From the NCBI GenBank assembly GCA_049515895.1, contig JBEKTQ010000016.1, positions 1 through 64,000 on the forward strand: a DNA stretch of 64,000 nucleotides, in the 5' to 3' direction. The translations under genes and the position numbers were made by a program. The DNA is from Candidatus Bathyarchaeia archaeon. GTDB lineage: Archaea; Thermoproteota; Bathyarchaeia; Bathyarchaeales; Bathycorpusculaceae. Below are positions 32,969-43,649 of this stretch, one piece after another (position 1 is the first letter of the stretch; every line of letters starts with the position of its first letter). A model generated the notes under the pieces. It was not told the origin of the DNA. It saw nothing but the letters and a program-made list of their open reading frames with translations, and did no database searches.

Positions 32969-34537
32969 TCAATGATTTGGGCTTATTAGCACATAGGAAT
33001 TACCGTCGTTGTATAGCAAGTCTAATCTTTCCCCTTGAGAAAGGCTCTGCATAGAACTGTAATTACCTAATTCCACACCCACAAGTTGTGGCGGATAAAG
33101 TATGGCATTCGCTTTGGCACCTTTACTCAAGGTTGGGCTGATATATTCGTAAACACTCAGTTTGGGTGACAAGTACGTGTTTGTCCAGAAGTCTGAAACA
33201 ACGAAGCCAGGTTTTTCCCAATTGTAGTGGTTCAAGAAAAAGTTGTCCGCAATGTAGTTTTCTCTTGTTTGGAACCCTAATTCGGGGTTGAACGAAGTGT
33301 GAAGTGGCACAAAAAGGAACAGCACTATCAAAACCGAGAATAATACTGCAAAGTATGGTTTGAATTTGCCTTGAAACAGAAATGCTGCTCCCAGAGAGAT
33401 AGGAACGAAAGCTACTGCTAAAGCACGCCAGCCGAGAGTATTCAACACTTGACCCAAGGCCGAATATAACACACCAGCAAAAAGAAGCGCTTTTTCAATA
33501 GCATTCACTTTTCTTTTGATTAATAGGAGAATAAAACCAGCAACGCATATAGTAACGGCGGCGATTGTTACGGCTCTGGAAAAAAATTGAGCTGTACTAG
33601 CGATTGAAGTTTGAGCTGCAGTCGACGTTACCACCGAGAAGAAATAAGAATAAGATTCCACAGGCACTTTTGTAATGCTTATAATGAGTTGCTGGAAAGA
33701 AAAGCTTGCCAGGGTGAGTTGTGTTAGGAAGTAACTGACCAACGCAAATAGAAAGAAGTTTCTAAGCTGAGTTTTAATTTGTCTGTTCTTTTCGAATAGA
33801 CTTCGGATCAATAAATATAAAACAAAAAACAGGGGTACAAAAAGGTGCGTTATCAAAAGGCTCGCAAACAACACAAACTCCGTCACCATTATGGCAATGC
33901 TCCTTTGCTGGGTCTCCAGCATAAAAAGGAGAAATAGAAGCATGAGAGCTGCCGTAAAAGGGACAGCTTGGTAATCCATGAAATACATGATTGAAATGAA
34001 AAAGGCCGTTACCATTATGACGCCACCATTCGTGTATTTTTTGGAACCGTACACAAACAGGGCGGTAGGCAACAAGAAACCTATGAGTGTAAACAGAAGA
34101 AATTCGTAATTCGTTAGTGTCAACCCACTTACCGAAGTTACAATGTCAGCTAAAACGAAAAAAGCGGGCCACGAGTAATAGTAGTGATTCGATTGCAAAG
34201 GATCCAAACTTTTTGTTTTTATGAAGTATTCCGTCAATGCTCTGAAATATTGTGCATCTAGTGTTGACATCATGGAGTAAAAGTAAGAAAGTGAGAAAAA
34301 AGTCAGCACAATTCCTATTGAAAGTATCCACTTCAGAAAGGTGCTTTTGGTTGTCACAGCCATTAGGAACATTGACACCAATAATAGAGGTAAACTAAGC
34401 CAATAGAAAATTGAAATGTGATTGAAAACAAAGTCATTTGCTGACAAAGTTGACAGAGGATAACTTAAGTACCATGAATATATCATGAGCACTAAGCCAA
34501 CAAAAAATGGCAAAAGCAATAGTCTATTCTTTTTCAA
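32969..34537 (-). CDS. Polytopic membrane protein, candidate polymerase or GT-C transferase
   Basis: About 12 TM segments, YYSWPAFF loop, ITHLFVP, LLYNDG C-terminus; glycan-locus context. Confidence 0.6.
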   Translation of the reverse strand: MKKNRLLLLPFFVGLVLMIYSWYLSYPLSTLSANDFVFNHISIFYWLSLPLLLVSMFLMAVTTKSTFLKWILSIGIVLTFFSLSYFYSMMSTLDAQYFRALTEYFIKTKSLDPLQSNHYYYSWPAFFVLADIVTSVSGLTLTNYEFLLFTLIGFLLPTALFVYGSKKYTNGGVIMVTAFFISIMYFMDYQAVPFTAALMLLFLLFMLETQQRSIAIMVTEFVLFASLLITHLFVPLFFVLYLLIRSLFEKNRQIKTQLRNFFLFALVSYFLTQLTLASFSFQQLIISITKVPVESYSYFFSVVTSTAAQTSIASTAQFFSRAVTIAAVTICVAGFILLLIKRKVNAIEKALLFAGVLYSALGQVLNTLGWRALAVAFVPISLGAAFLFQGKFKPYFAVLFSVLIVLFLFVPLHTSFNPELGFQTRENYIADNFFLNHYNWEKPGFVVSDFWTNTYLSPKLSVYEYISPTLSKGAKANAILYPPQLVGVELGNYSSMQSLSQGERLDLLYNDGNSYVLISPNH

Positions 34538-34549
34538 ACTTTACACCTT

Positions 34550-34640
34550 GTCAACTTGGCATCAATCTGGAATTGATAATTTTCTAAATCCCTTGTAACC
34601 TTCTTCCAGCGTAAATTTTTCGATGACCATTGCAACTTTG
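34550..34640 (-). pseudogene. Possible relic of a GT4 C-terminus
   Basis: AMVIEKF-(frameshift)-WKKVTRDLENY resembles the GT4 terminal helix; short match. Confidence 0.35.
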
Positions 34641-35021
34641 AATTGAAGCGCGCGTGTTTCATAGTAAAGCTAATTTGTCACCCTTTGTCGCTAAAACAAT
34701 ACTAATCGTCGGTTTATTAATCGAATTTTCTGGCGTAGGAAGATGCCATATTTTTTCATCAACGGGTACAGCTATTGCATTTTCTTTTCGTGAAGATTTA
34801 TGCTTTTCCAATCTCTACAGAGACCATCTAACACGTTGTAAAGTCTGGCGCGCGCTTAAAAAGAATAAGAGCCACAGAAGCAAACGAGCCTCCTTCTGAC
34901 ATTGCCGTTTTGCACAAGTTTAGAAACGAAGTGGGTCCTGCACGCGGGATAGGTTGTGATATTGGCAGAATGAGATAAAAGATTCCAAGATTTGTCTTTT
35001 CTGCGAATCTTCATGCATAGA

Positions 35022-36221
35022 CTATTCAATTATTCGCTTAAGGAATTTATCCATTTTTATGAAATTATTCTCAAGAGAGAACACATGTGCATTTTTGATA
35101 GCGTTTTCCTGATAACGGTTCAGCAAACTTTTGTCGTATAATTTATTTTTTAGATCAATATAATTTTTATAAACAAAACCTATCTCATATTTGTTTATTA
35201 TTTCTTCACACCCTTGCAGATAACCTTCAGGAACAATGATCGGAATTCCTGCGAGAAGGGCCATTGAAAACCTCTGAGGTATGCTATTACTAAACCTGTA
35301 TAAGCCTGAAGTGCGCCAGAAATTATAGGTAACTAAACATGCGTCAAACTGAGTCAAAAATGTGGCAAAAGTACCGTCTGCAATTTCCTGATAATTAAAC
35401 CTGTTGAATTGGTGAATAAAACCCAAGTTTTTAAACGCACGCTCTTCAATTAGACCTTCCCGTGCGTTCGCATAAGCAGACGAAAACAAGCGGCTAGCCC
35501 AACCAACTTGGTTTAGGTTGCACATATGGACGTGAATTTTCCTCGAGGCTACCTCTTCAATTTGCGGAAGAATGTCGCGATCGTCAATGCCAATGAAAAC
35601 TACGTGCGGTTGACAGTCAACCGCTGATAGAAGAGGTAACCTCCTTCGGTAATAGAATTTCTCAGTGAAACATTCCGAAAAAAGCAAGTTTTCTCCCAGA
35701 TGTATGCCGAATACATTTCGCATATAGTTATACATTCTTTGAGTAGGAAATACCCGTCCATCTAGTTTATTCACAATTCGTTTATTGAAAAAGTTCTCAA
35801 TCTTGTAACCTAACCTAATACTGCTACAAGGATACGTGAGGAACTCGTAAACTATGGGCACATGGAATCTTTGCGCCATGCCGATCTCGGGGAGACCGTA
35901 AGAACCCCAATTTCCATAAATTAGCTCTTTTTCTGTCTTATCAATAATCCGACAGAGTCTATCGCGTTTGAAGCCCAAGTTTTTTGCCACACCATATAAA
36001 AGGGCTTTTCTATACCACATTAGTGGGCCCTTGAACATAGCATGAATTTTACTATCCTCATATAAATTGTAGACTGGAATATTCGTCCCATAAATTCTCT
36101 CGCGAAATGCCCAGTCTGAAGTGTTTATGACTGTAACTTTATAATCATGTTCAGATAGGTAAGACAGAAAAGACTCTGACGCGAAGGTCAATTGACCTAT
36201 AAATAAAAACTCAATAGGCAT
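35022..36221 (-). CDS. Divergent GT-B fold glycosyltransferase-like protein
   Basis: HVVFIG, SIPQRFSMALLAGIPII, YEIGFVY, FSLENN. Confidence 0.65.
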   Translation of the reverse strand: MPIEFLFIGQLTFASESFLSYLSEHDYKVTVINTSDWAFRERIYGTNIPVYNLYEDSKIHAMFKGPLMWYRKALLYGVAKNLGFKRDRLCRIIDKTEKELIYGNWGSYGLPEIGMAQRFHVPIVYEFLTYPCSSIRLGYKIENFFNKRIVNKLDGRVFPTQRMYNYMRNVFGIHLGENLLFSECFTEKFYYRRRLPLLSAVDCQPHVVFIGIDDRDILPQIEEVASRKIHVHMCNLNQVGWASRLFSSAYANAREGLIEERAFKNLGFIHQFNRFNYQEIADGTFATFLTQFDACLVTYNFWRTSGLYRFSNSIPQRFSMALLAGIPIIVPEGYLQGCEEIINKYEIGFVYKNYIDLKNKLYDKSLLNRYQENAIKNAHVFSLENNFIKMDKFLKRIIE

Positions 36222-36829
36222 GAACTTGCGCGCCCCTATTTATTGAACATATATTAATCGCAAATCTTCCCCACTAATCAAGATAGTAGTAGCGTTGCTA
36301 TTCAATACGGAATTATCAAGACAGAGCAAACAGTCAAGTCCATCTTTGCTATAATGGCAGCGCGCGCTCGTTGCAACTTTTAGCAATTTGGTTTTTATAC
36401 AAATGTCAATAGGTTAGAAATGTTAGGTTAAAAGATAAAGGGGATTTCCCTATTCTGCTAAGTTTCTAAGTGCTTAAAATATTTAATAAAATGTGGTTGG
36501 TAAGCACAGTAAACCCAATTACTAAAAAATAAGGTTTCTAATTTTAGTTTAATTTATGCCTTATATACTCTTCGATTGTATGCCAGCCTTGAACTGAATG
36601 TGCTTTTTAGGCAATATAGCAACTATCAACTTTTTTCTCGTTCAAAGACCGAAAGTCGTTTAACTGGTTCGCAAAATAGTTTCCATATGTCTTAAAGCAC
36701 CAACTCTTCGCGCTTTTAAGTTTTAGTAAGAGATCGATCTGTTAACCAGAGGCACTTAATTAAGAACTCAAAATCAACGTTAAAAAAAGTTCTGTAAAGC
36801 TCGCCATATTCAGGTTCACATAAAAATCG

Positions 36830-37636
36830 TCATTGAATTAGTCCAAACTTTCGCAGGAGAATTAGTCCAAACTTTCGCAGGAATAAAAAAACCTTTATTG
36901 AAAAAGTGATGTTCACGGAAAACACAGAGTTCTTACCAATAGCATTAGCGGAAAAGGCAAACTTCTTCCCAACAGCTACAGAATACAGTGCATCTTGTAA
37001 AGTTAATAAAACTTTTCTTGAAAAAGTGATGTTCACGGGAAACGCAGACTTCTTCCCAATAGCTACGGAATACAGTGCATAATCCAGTTTGCTTGGTTGC
37101 CATTCGCTAGGTTTCTTAGCCTTGAGCCACACTCCAAACCCAACAGTATCATAATGCAAGTCTTGAATTACAAAGTCTGCAAATATGTGCTTCATATCTT
37201 CTGGTTCGTATCTCCAAAAATCGAATGGATACCCGTGGTAAGGGAACCCGTAAGAACGCGTGGTAATAATCATAGTTCCGCCAGGTTTTAGTATTCTTTT
37301 TAAATTGTCTATGACGATTTTCCAATCGAACACATGCTCAAGCATTTCTGTAGATATTACTATATCAAATGCGTTTTCTCCAAACTTTTCAACTATTTTT
37401 TCTGCTGGAACTATCATATCTACATATTTGCCGTTGGAAATATCCACTCCTATATAGGATGAAGGTTTTCCAAAATTGGTCACAGTTGGTCTAACGCTTC
37501 CGTTGACATCTTTGCTACCGACTTCGATTACGGACTTATTGTGAAAGTCTTCTGGGGTTGATTTTACTAAATCCGCGAACCACTTGATTATATCTGATCC
37601 ACACATTATTTTGCCTCCCATCCTACCTTGAGTCAA
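36830..37636 (-). CDS. Methyltransferase type 11 with duplicated C-terminal tail
   Basis: VIEVGSKDVNGS, FDIVISTEMLEH, LKPGG, YHGYPFDFWRY. Confidence 0.9.
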   Translation of the reverse strand: MTQGRMGGKIMCGSDIIKWFADLVKSTPEDFHNKSVIEVGSKDVNGSVRPTVTNFGKPSSYIGVDISNGKYVDMIVPAEKIVEKFGENAFDIVISTEMLEHVFDWKIVIDNLKRILKPGGTMIITTRSYGFPYHGYPFDFWRYEPEDMKHIFADFVIQDLHYDTVGFGVWLKAKKPSEWQPSKLDYALYSVAIGKKSAFPVNITFSRKVLLTLQDALYSVAVGKKFAFSANAIGKNSVFSVNITFSIKVFLFLRKFGLILLRKFGLIQ

Positions 37637-37718
37637 AATACAGTTGATAATATAGTAGACCTTAGGCCCTATTATTTTTTAACCAAGTTCATGGAAATTT
37701 ATCACTTTCGGTTGGATT

Positions 37719-37946
37719 TCAGATAATCAATTTTCCAGCTATACGAAAGTTAACCAACCCGCACACGATGTCAGTCATGATATCGTAACGCCTAAGCCGA
37801 TTCCTAAACTCATCTCCAAATATGTGAAACTTTTTCACCCTATAGTTTGTATGTTCCACGACCACTCTGTCCTTTGCCAACGCCTTATTGAATGCCCTCT
37901 GCTCAACTGAAAGCTCCTTCGCCTTGACACCGCGTTTGCCTCGTCC
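37719..37946 (-). mobile_element. 3' remnant of an IS5-family (DDE_Tnp_4/ISL2-like) transposase
   Basis: GRGKRGVKAKELSVEQRAFNKALAKDRVVVEHTNYRVKKFHIFGDEFRNRLRRYDIMTDIVCGLVNFRI...*; possible element end near tagacct at 37656. Confidence 0.85.
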
Positions 37947-38143
37947 AAGAGGAGAGAGAGAGAAAGATTAAAATTTAATCCCTAGAATAAGTCAATGAAC
38001 TTGGCGAGTTGCTCATCAGTCGCTGTTTAAGAAAGGGTTTGATTTCTTCGTTCTTGCTTAACGGAATAGGGATGAGATGCTGCTTGTATTCGTAGCCTGG
38101 TTGGTTTTTCTTGTATTTCTTGCTTACAGTTCTCGTCTGGATC

Positions 38144-38386
38144 CTAACCAAGGCTTTGACCCCCGCTTTTTTGCGATAGCAGATCGCTTAGCTTGTATTC
38201 GAGCTGCTGCATTTTCTTCTGCTGAGCGAGCAGTATGCACATGGCCATGGGCTCAAAAATAATTGGGTTGCATGCGCAGTTGCCGGCAGAAGCAAGATTC
38301 CTACACATATCCATCAGTACATCAAAAGCCTGCTTGTCTTCTTCGTCTGGCAGCGAGTTTCGGAAGTTTTTCCATCTGCCAATTTC
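38144..38386 (-). pseudogene. 5'-truncated small helical protein of the PolB2-associated family (arCOG07300-like)
   Basis: EIGRWKNFRNSLPDEEDKQAFDVLMDMCRNLASAG...NPIIFEPMAMCILLAQQK; in-frame stop four codons upstream, no start codon. Confidence 0.65.
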
Positions 38387-38521
38387 ACTAAAGCTCTAAA
38401 TATTTAAGCTTTTAGCTATTAAATCTAATGGCTTCTACTGGACCAAGAACTAAATAAGATATTACATGAAAACATAGCATTAGGCTTAAAGCGCAAAAGC
38501 CAACTGCTTGTTCATGTATGC

Positions 38522-39583
38522 TTATGGAGGCGTAACGGTTAATACAGTGCCGTAAATCCACATATCAGGCGTTGTTGTACTTTCAGCAGAAGGATTACTT
38601 GAGCACCAATTTATACACATAACAAATCCTGTTGGAGTAACCATTTTTCCTTCAGCATAGCCACCGCCAGTCACATAATTCCAAGGGTCAGCTTCATATT
38701 GAGATGCCACGGTGAAATCATAAGTTACCTTAACCCAGCCACCACTATTCGGCGGCACACAAGTAGCAGTGTCAGAAGCAGGATAAGTTGGATAAAGAGG
38801 AGTACCATCAGTTGAGTCAATTCCGCAAATTCTTCCATCAGGACCAAACATGTCAACTTCTACATGCCCACCGTAAGGATAACCAGAATTTCCAAGACTG
38901 CCTGAAGCAGTCCAAACATAAGCTGAGAAATAAAGAGTATCTCCAGGCGCAATAGATACTAATTGGCCGTCTAATTCATCAGCCGCTGGGCCTCCATATT
39001 GTGTAGCATAATAAGCAGCGTTCGGTGTCATTTGTATTGCTGTTTGCCCACTTTTTGTAACGAGAGTATCCATTCCAACAGAACCACCCGGCGCGTTTAA
39101 ACTCCATGAATCAATAGATAACCCATTTGCTGGACCACCATAAATTGGAGGGCAAGTCCAAAAATACGCTGGAGGAATAGGAGCCAAGTTATTTCCACTC
39201 GGCGTAGGAGTCGGAGTGGGCGAAAGAGAAGGAGTCGGAGTGGACGAAAGAGAAGGAGTCGGAGTGGACGAAAGAGAAGGAGTCGGAGTGGACGAAAGAG
39301 AAGGAGTCGGAGTGGACGAAAGAGAAGGAGTCGGAGTGGGCGAAAGAGAAGGAGTCGGAGTGGGCGAAAGAGAAGGAGTCGGAGTGGGCGAAAGAGAAGG
39401 AGTCGGAGTGGGCGAAAGAGAAGGAGTCGGAGTGGGCGAAAGAGAAGGAGAAGGAGGATAATTGATATTACCTTGAGAAATAAAGCTAGTTTGTGCTGAA
39501 GTTTGTGCTTCTGAGCGAGATTGCAGTAAACAACAGCATAGTAAAATGCAAGCAAAGAATATCAGATATTTTTTTCTCTTCAC
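38522..39583 (-). CDS. Secreted protein: signal peptide, Ser/Thr/Pro stalk, C-terminal beta domain paralogous to 29252-29848
   Basis: [15 protein letters not shown]...SEA signal; shared GNNLA, ELDG, WVKVTxDFTVxSQYxADPW, GKMVxPT, YGTxLxxTP. Confidence 0.88.
   Translation of the reverse strand: MKRKKYLIFFACILLCCCLLQSRSEAQTSAQTSFISQGNINYPPSPSLSPTPTPSLSPTPTPSLSPTPTPSLSPTPTPSLSPTPTPSLSSTPTPSLSSTPTPSLSSTPTPSLSSTPTPSLSPTPTPTPSGNNLAPIPPAYFWTCPPIYGGPANGLSIDSWSLNAPGGSVGMDTLVTKSGQTAIQMTPNAAYYATQYGGPAADELDGQLVSIAPGDTLYFSAYVWTASGSLGNSGYPYGGHVEVDMFGPDGRICGIDSTDGTPLYPTYPASDTATCVPPNSGGWVKVTYDFTVASQYEADPWNYVTGGGYAEGKMVTPTGFVMCINWCSSNPSAESTTTPDMWIYGTVLTVTPP
39206..39445 (-). repeat. Coding VNTR, 10 x 24 nt encoding SLS(P/S)TPTP
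   Basis: Unit aggagtcggagtgg(g/a)cgaaagaga; in protein order 5 P-type, 4 S-type, 1 P-type. Confidence 0.95.
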
Positions 39584-39778
39584 CTAATCCACCGATTCAG
39601 GCTTCGCGCGTATACACCTGATATCGTGTATCTTAAGCTTCTATATAAGATGGACGTGTTATAAATCCATTCATGCTATTTGTTAAACACAAATACACGC
39701 ACACACATCTTTGAACAGACCACAGACAGGGCTTTCGTGGTCAAAAGTAAAGTTCGCATTCCTGCTCACTCTCTTCTT

Positions 39779-40558
39779 TCATTTTTCTACTGGCGCGCAA
39801 AGTTTTTCTGCAACAACAATTATATTTTCTTTAAAATTTTCGAAAAAATAAATATCCGTTAGCTTGTCAAAAAATATCCAAAGATGAAAAATTATTGAAG
39901 GCTTTACCTGTAAGTAACGATCTACCCAAGGTTTTCCAACGGACGGAAATCCAGTCATTAATATCTTATTCACTCTCATTCCACTTTCGTTGAGCTTTTT
40001 CCTGATATTCCATGGATTTAATCTGCCTTGACGTTCATAATAAGAAGAGTCGCCTCCGAAAGCGCGGATAATCCCATTAGAAACGTTCGTTGGAAGTATG
40101 TCATCGATAAACATTTCTGGACTAAAAGAGTTAGTGGTAGAAATTAATATTTTCCCACCTCGCTTAAGGGAAAAAGCGAGCTCGCGAATGCCCGCCTGTT
40201 TGCCTTTAACATGTTCCAAGACATCTTGACAAATGATGACATCGAATGCGTCTTCATGAAATGGCATTTTCCGTATATCTCCAATTACAAATAACGGTTT
40301 ATTCTTACCAATTGCTTTAGCCATTTTTATCGAATTTTCAATGTTTTTGCGACTGATATCTAAGCCAACACCTTGGATGTTTTCTGGCGTCTCGGCTAGG
40401 TATCCACCGTCGGGACCGCAACCAGCCTCAAGAATTAGCAATGAGTTTTTGATGTGTGATCTAAAAAGAATTCGAAGCTGCGATTGATAAAACGGATACT
40501 TATAAGAACCTAAATACCAATAATCAATTCCCTCACTATGACTATTAAGAATTCTCAA
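39779..40558 (-). CDS. Methyltransferase type 11 (probable TTG start at 40558)
   Basis: ILEAGCG, VGLDIS, FDVIICQDVLEHV, LKRGGKI; the upstream part of the track ORF is gmd-derived. Confidence 0.8.
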   Translation of the reverse strand: MRILNSHSEGIDYWYLGSYKYPFYQSQLRILFRSHIKNSLLILEAGCGPDGGYLAETPENIQGVGLDISRKNIENSIKMAKAIGKNKPLFVIGDIRKMPFHEDAFDVIICQDVLEHVKGKQAGIRELAFSLKRGGKILISTTNSFSPEMFIDDILPTNVSNGIIRAFGGDSSYYERQGRLNPWNIRKKLNESGMRVNKILMTGFPSVGKPWVDRYLQVKPSIIFHLWIFFDKLTDIYFFENFKENIIVVAEKLCAPVEK

Positions 40559-40671
40559 ACTTGAACCCCTCCGAAGAATACCATGAACTTCATAGCCCTT
40601 GGAAAGCAAAAAATCCAGGCTAAATAACAACCATCTTGCCCAGTTATTCCAGTAATTAATGCTTTTTTCAC
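40559..40671 (-). pseudogene. gmd: 5' relic of GDP-mannose 4,6-dehydratase
   Basis: GTG-KKALITGITGQDGCYLA, frameshift, DFLLSKGYEVHGILRRGSS; rest of the gene missing. Confidence 0.9.
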
Positions 40672-40793
40672 GGTTTAGCACCACTTGCAACTAGCAACGT
40701 TTATTCTTCCAATCTCTTCCATTTCTCTAATTATTTTTGTGAATTTTTAATCATATTTTGAAATCACAAAATCCAACAATTCAAATCTGGTGG

Positions 40794-41984
40794 TTACGAG
40801 CAAAATTCCCTATACACGTGGAGATATTTCTCCGCGGTCCGTTCAACGTTGTATCTGTTTCTGCCAAACGACCTGATGTCATTGCTGAAACTATCTAGGT
40901 CACGGCTGTTCCGCGTTCTCACCAGTTCATCAGCCAAACTCTCCATGTCATCACTAACTATGCCATACTTTCCACTATCAGAGAGCTCAACTGCAAAAGG
41001 CATCCTAAGCAGCAGTGGAATCTTACCCAAACATATCCCGTCAAGAAGTGCCATAGGACAAGCATCGTAAAAGCTGAGCAAAGCAATAAACTTGCAACGC
41101 TTCATGCTTTCCACCAATTGTGCCCTAGGTGTAAATCCTTTAAGCTCAATATTTCGCAATCCTAAAAACTTAATTTCTGAACGCATTTTATTAAATAAAG
41201 GCCCAGTACCATGTACAACTATCCGAAACGGCGTTCCCCTTTCCTGCAGCAGAAATGCGAGCCTAATAATGTTCAAAGCACCCTTTCTCCAAAATAAACG
41301 ACCTGCAAAAAGGATGGTGTTTTCATCTTCTGGCACATCATCAGATTGGCTGTATTCCTTATCAAGTCTGTCAAGATTAATTCCATTATAAATAAATCGA
41401 GTTCTATCAGAATACTTTTGGCCCATCTCTGATAGCAAGTCAGATTTCAAACTACCTGAAACAGCCACCGAAAGATCAGAGAGACGAAATTCCTTTCCAT
41501 AAGTAAAAGATTCAAGAGGATATCCGATTACATAAGTCCTCAAATCCATGAAACTTCCACCTCGAAGAATGGCACGCGAACTCCAAATCTTTTCCATAAG
41601 CGGACTATCATGAAAAGTGACTATGAAAGGCGCAAAATCCTTCAAACTTACAATCGCGGGAAAAGCAGAACCGCTTTGCCCATGGATTATATCGGGTGCT
41701 TTTTCTCTCATTAGCCGCTGAATTTTCTTCTGATTAGCCAATTGAAAAACAACATGATGAGGCGGGACATTTGGATAAGGAAGCCTTATTACACTTACTC
41801 CTTCATCAACTGTCGGCTCAAATTCCTTTCCGAAACTATTACTTGGGTAACCACAAACAACTGTTACTTCAACACCTAACTTTGTAAGACTCGTCGCCAA
41901 GTTCTTAACGAAGCCACCTATCCCTCCGAAGATATGTGGAGGATACTCATGAGTCAAGAAAACAACTTTCAAATGTTTCACCAC
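40794..41984 (-). CDS. GT4 glycosyltransferase
   Basis: EYPPHIFGGIG, IYNGIN, LFAGRLFWRKG, YDACPMALLDG. Confidence 0.9.
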   Translation of the reverse strand: MVKHLKVVFLTHEYPPHIFGGIGGFVKNLATSLTKLGVEVTVVCGYPSNSFGKEFEPTVDEGVSVIRLPYPNVPPHHVVFQLANQKKIQRLMREKAPDIIHGQSGSAFPAIVSLKDFAPFIVTFHDSPLMEKIWSSRAILRGGSFMDLRTYVIGYPLESFTYGKEFRLSDLSVAVSGSLKSDLLSEMGQKYSDRTRFIYNGINLDRLDKEYSQSDDVPEDENTILFAGRLFWRKGALNIIRLAFLLQERGTPFRIVVHGTGPLFNKMRSEIKFLGLRNIELKGFTPRAQLVESMKRCKFIALLSFYDACPMALLDGICLGKIPLLLRMPFAVELSDSGKYGIVSDDMESLADELVRTRNSRDLDSFSNDIRSFGRNRYNVERTAEKYLHVYREFCS

Positions 41985-42160
41985 TGCATTTGAGTCTAAG
42001 TATCTATTGAATTAATATCTGAATGAAAAACTGAAAGGCGCATCCTGCAGTTAACATTGCATCTCTGTCGCCATTAATCAGAACCGCAGTCAGTTTGTCA
42101 GTTTTTTCTGAACTGGTTATTAACTTACCCGATGAATCGTTAGTCCTGGACAGGAATCGC

Positions 42161-43345
42161 CTATTTTGCACGGCGAGTTGATGGTATGGTGGTGATAAAT
42201 AGACTCTGGCGACGCCTGGCTATTCTGAAGAGGGCAGCTACAAGAGAGTATTGGGATTGGATGAAAGAAATGATTAAGGAGCGGGTTTTCCCAACTATGA
42301 AGAGCAAAAGCATTATGATCCAGAATGGCAAAACCACCAAAGGCGTTAGCACAGTTGTAATAACTAATGAAACGACACCAAGTAGAAACACGCTTGGTAG
42401 TACGCAATCCATGATAAAATGGGTGGGCATAATCAGCATGCCAAACTTACCGGTCTTCCTCTTCAACAGCATATTCTTAAACAGCAACATGGCCCCAATA
42501 AGCAGCGCGGCTCTACGGATTTGCTGCGTTGTTCTATCAGAAAAGGAGCTAGGCGCATACTCGTAATATTTTGCTTGCTCATCATAAACTGTCCTGAAAC
42601 CCATTAACTTCGCTTGGTAAGGCACGCAAGAGTCAAAAGACGCATTTGGCGAAAGCTGAAGTTTCTCAAACAAGCTCCTGCATATTTCCCGTCTAACAGC
42701 CAAAATCTCTCCTTTTGAGTCAGGAGTCGAATCAATTTCAGATTCTGCTTTTCGCATAAAGTCATAAAAGAACCGATAAGACTTCTCCAACGTCGGACCT
42801 AACTCTTTTTCGCCGCCCATCACTATTTCTTTTCCAGTCACAGCCCCAATCGCCGGGTCCACAAAGTGCTTGGTCAAGTGTTGCATGGCATCCGGATAAT
42901 AAAAGGACGCCGCATCCGTTGCAACAATTATATCGCCTTTCGAATTGACGATTCCGTCAATCATTGCTTGAGTGTAGCCGCTCCTTTTTTCCGGTCTGAT
43001 TAACCGAATCGATTTCTTTGACTTTTTAGAACGATCAATTATTAGTTTACAGGTTCCGTCAGATGAACACCCGTCTACAAAAACAACCTCAAACCTATCG
43101 CTAGGATAAACCATTTCTTCGATGTTCTCGATTTTCCTGCCGATGATTTGTTCCTCATTATAGACCGGAACAATAAGAGAAACAGAAGGATACGAGAACT
43201 CAACCAGTTTCCCGTTCGACCTGCTCTTCTTATTGTAGTAAAATAAGTAGGCAAGATAGCTTGTATAAAATATGATTATGGTTCCAAACGAGAACAATGT
43301 TAGAATCAGAAAAACTTCATTCAAAAGCACTGCTTCAACCTCCAA
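42161..43345 (-). CDS. Membrane-bound GT2 glycosyltransferase (IcaA/PgaC-like)
   Basis: VSLIVPVYNEE, DGCSSDGT, ATDA, QQIRRA; N- and C-terminal TMs. Confidence 0.9.
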   Translation of the reverse strand: MEVEAVLLNEVFLILTLFSFGTIIIFYTSYLAYLFYYNKKSRSNGKLVEFSYPSVSLIVPVYNEEQIIGRKIENIEEMVYPSDRFEVVFVDGCSSDGTCKLIIDRSKKSKKSIRLIRPEKRSGYTQAMIDGIVNSKGDIIVATDAASFYYPDAMQHLTKHFVDPAIGAVTGKEIVMGGEKELGPTLEKSYRFFYDFMRKAESEIDSTPDSKGEILAVRREICRSLFEKLQLSPNASFDSCVPYQAKLMGFRTVYDEQAKYYEYAPSSFSDRTTQQIRRAALLIGAMLLFKNMLLKRKTGKFGMLIMPTHFIMDCVLPSVFLLGVVSLVITTVLTPLVVLPFWIIMLLLFIVGKTRSLIISFIQSQYSLVAALFRIARRRQSLFITTIPSTRRAK

Positions 43346-43649
43346 AAACTCTTAATAAATTGATTCCAGCACTGTATTCAGGAAAGTCTAAACCTGGTTT
43401 TTAGCCTTGAGCTCGATTTCTTTCAGCCGCTTTTGATACTGAGCAGTTATCTTTACGGTTTTGAAACCGCCCCGCCTATTGGACAGCTTAATAGAACAAA
43501 AACAGTGAGATTCAGTCTCCACGTTTTTCCAACATGTCAATGCTGTGCCAAAAAAGGAAACAAAGCCCAACCAAGACCAGTTCAGCTGAAAAAACGCCAG
43601 CCTAATACAAGCGAGCTTTAAAATACCTTGTTGCATAATTCCCCGAACC

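Noticed and set aside
39097-39555. Alternative-frame ORFs over the 24-nt repeat (LLLFRPLR and EREGVGVG repeats)
   Set aside because: Shadow frames of the SLSPTPTP coding VNTR
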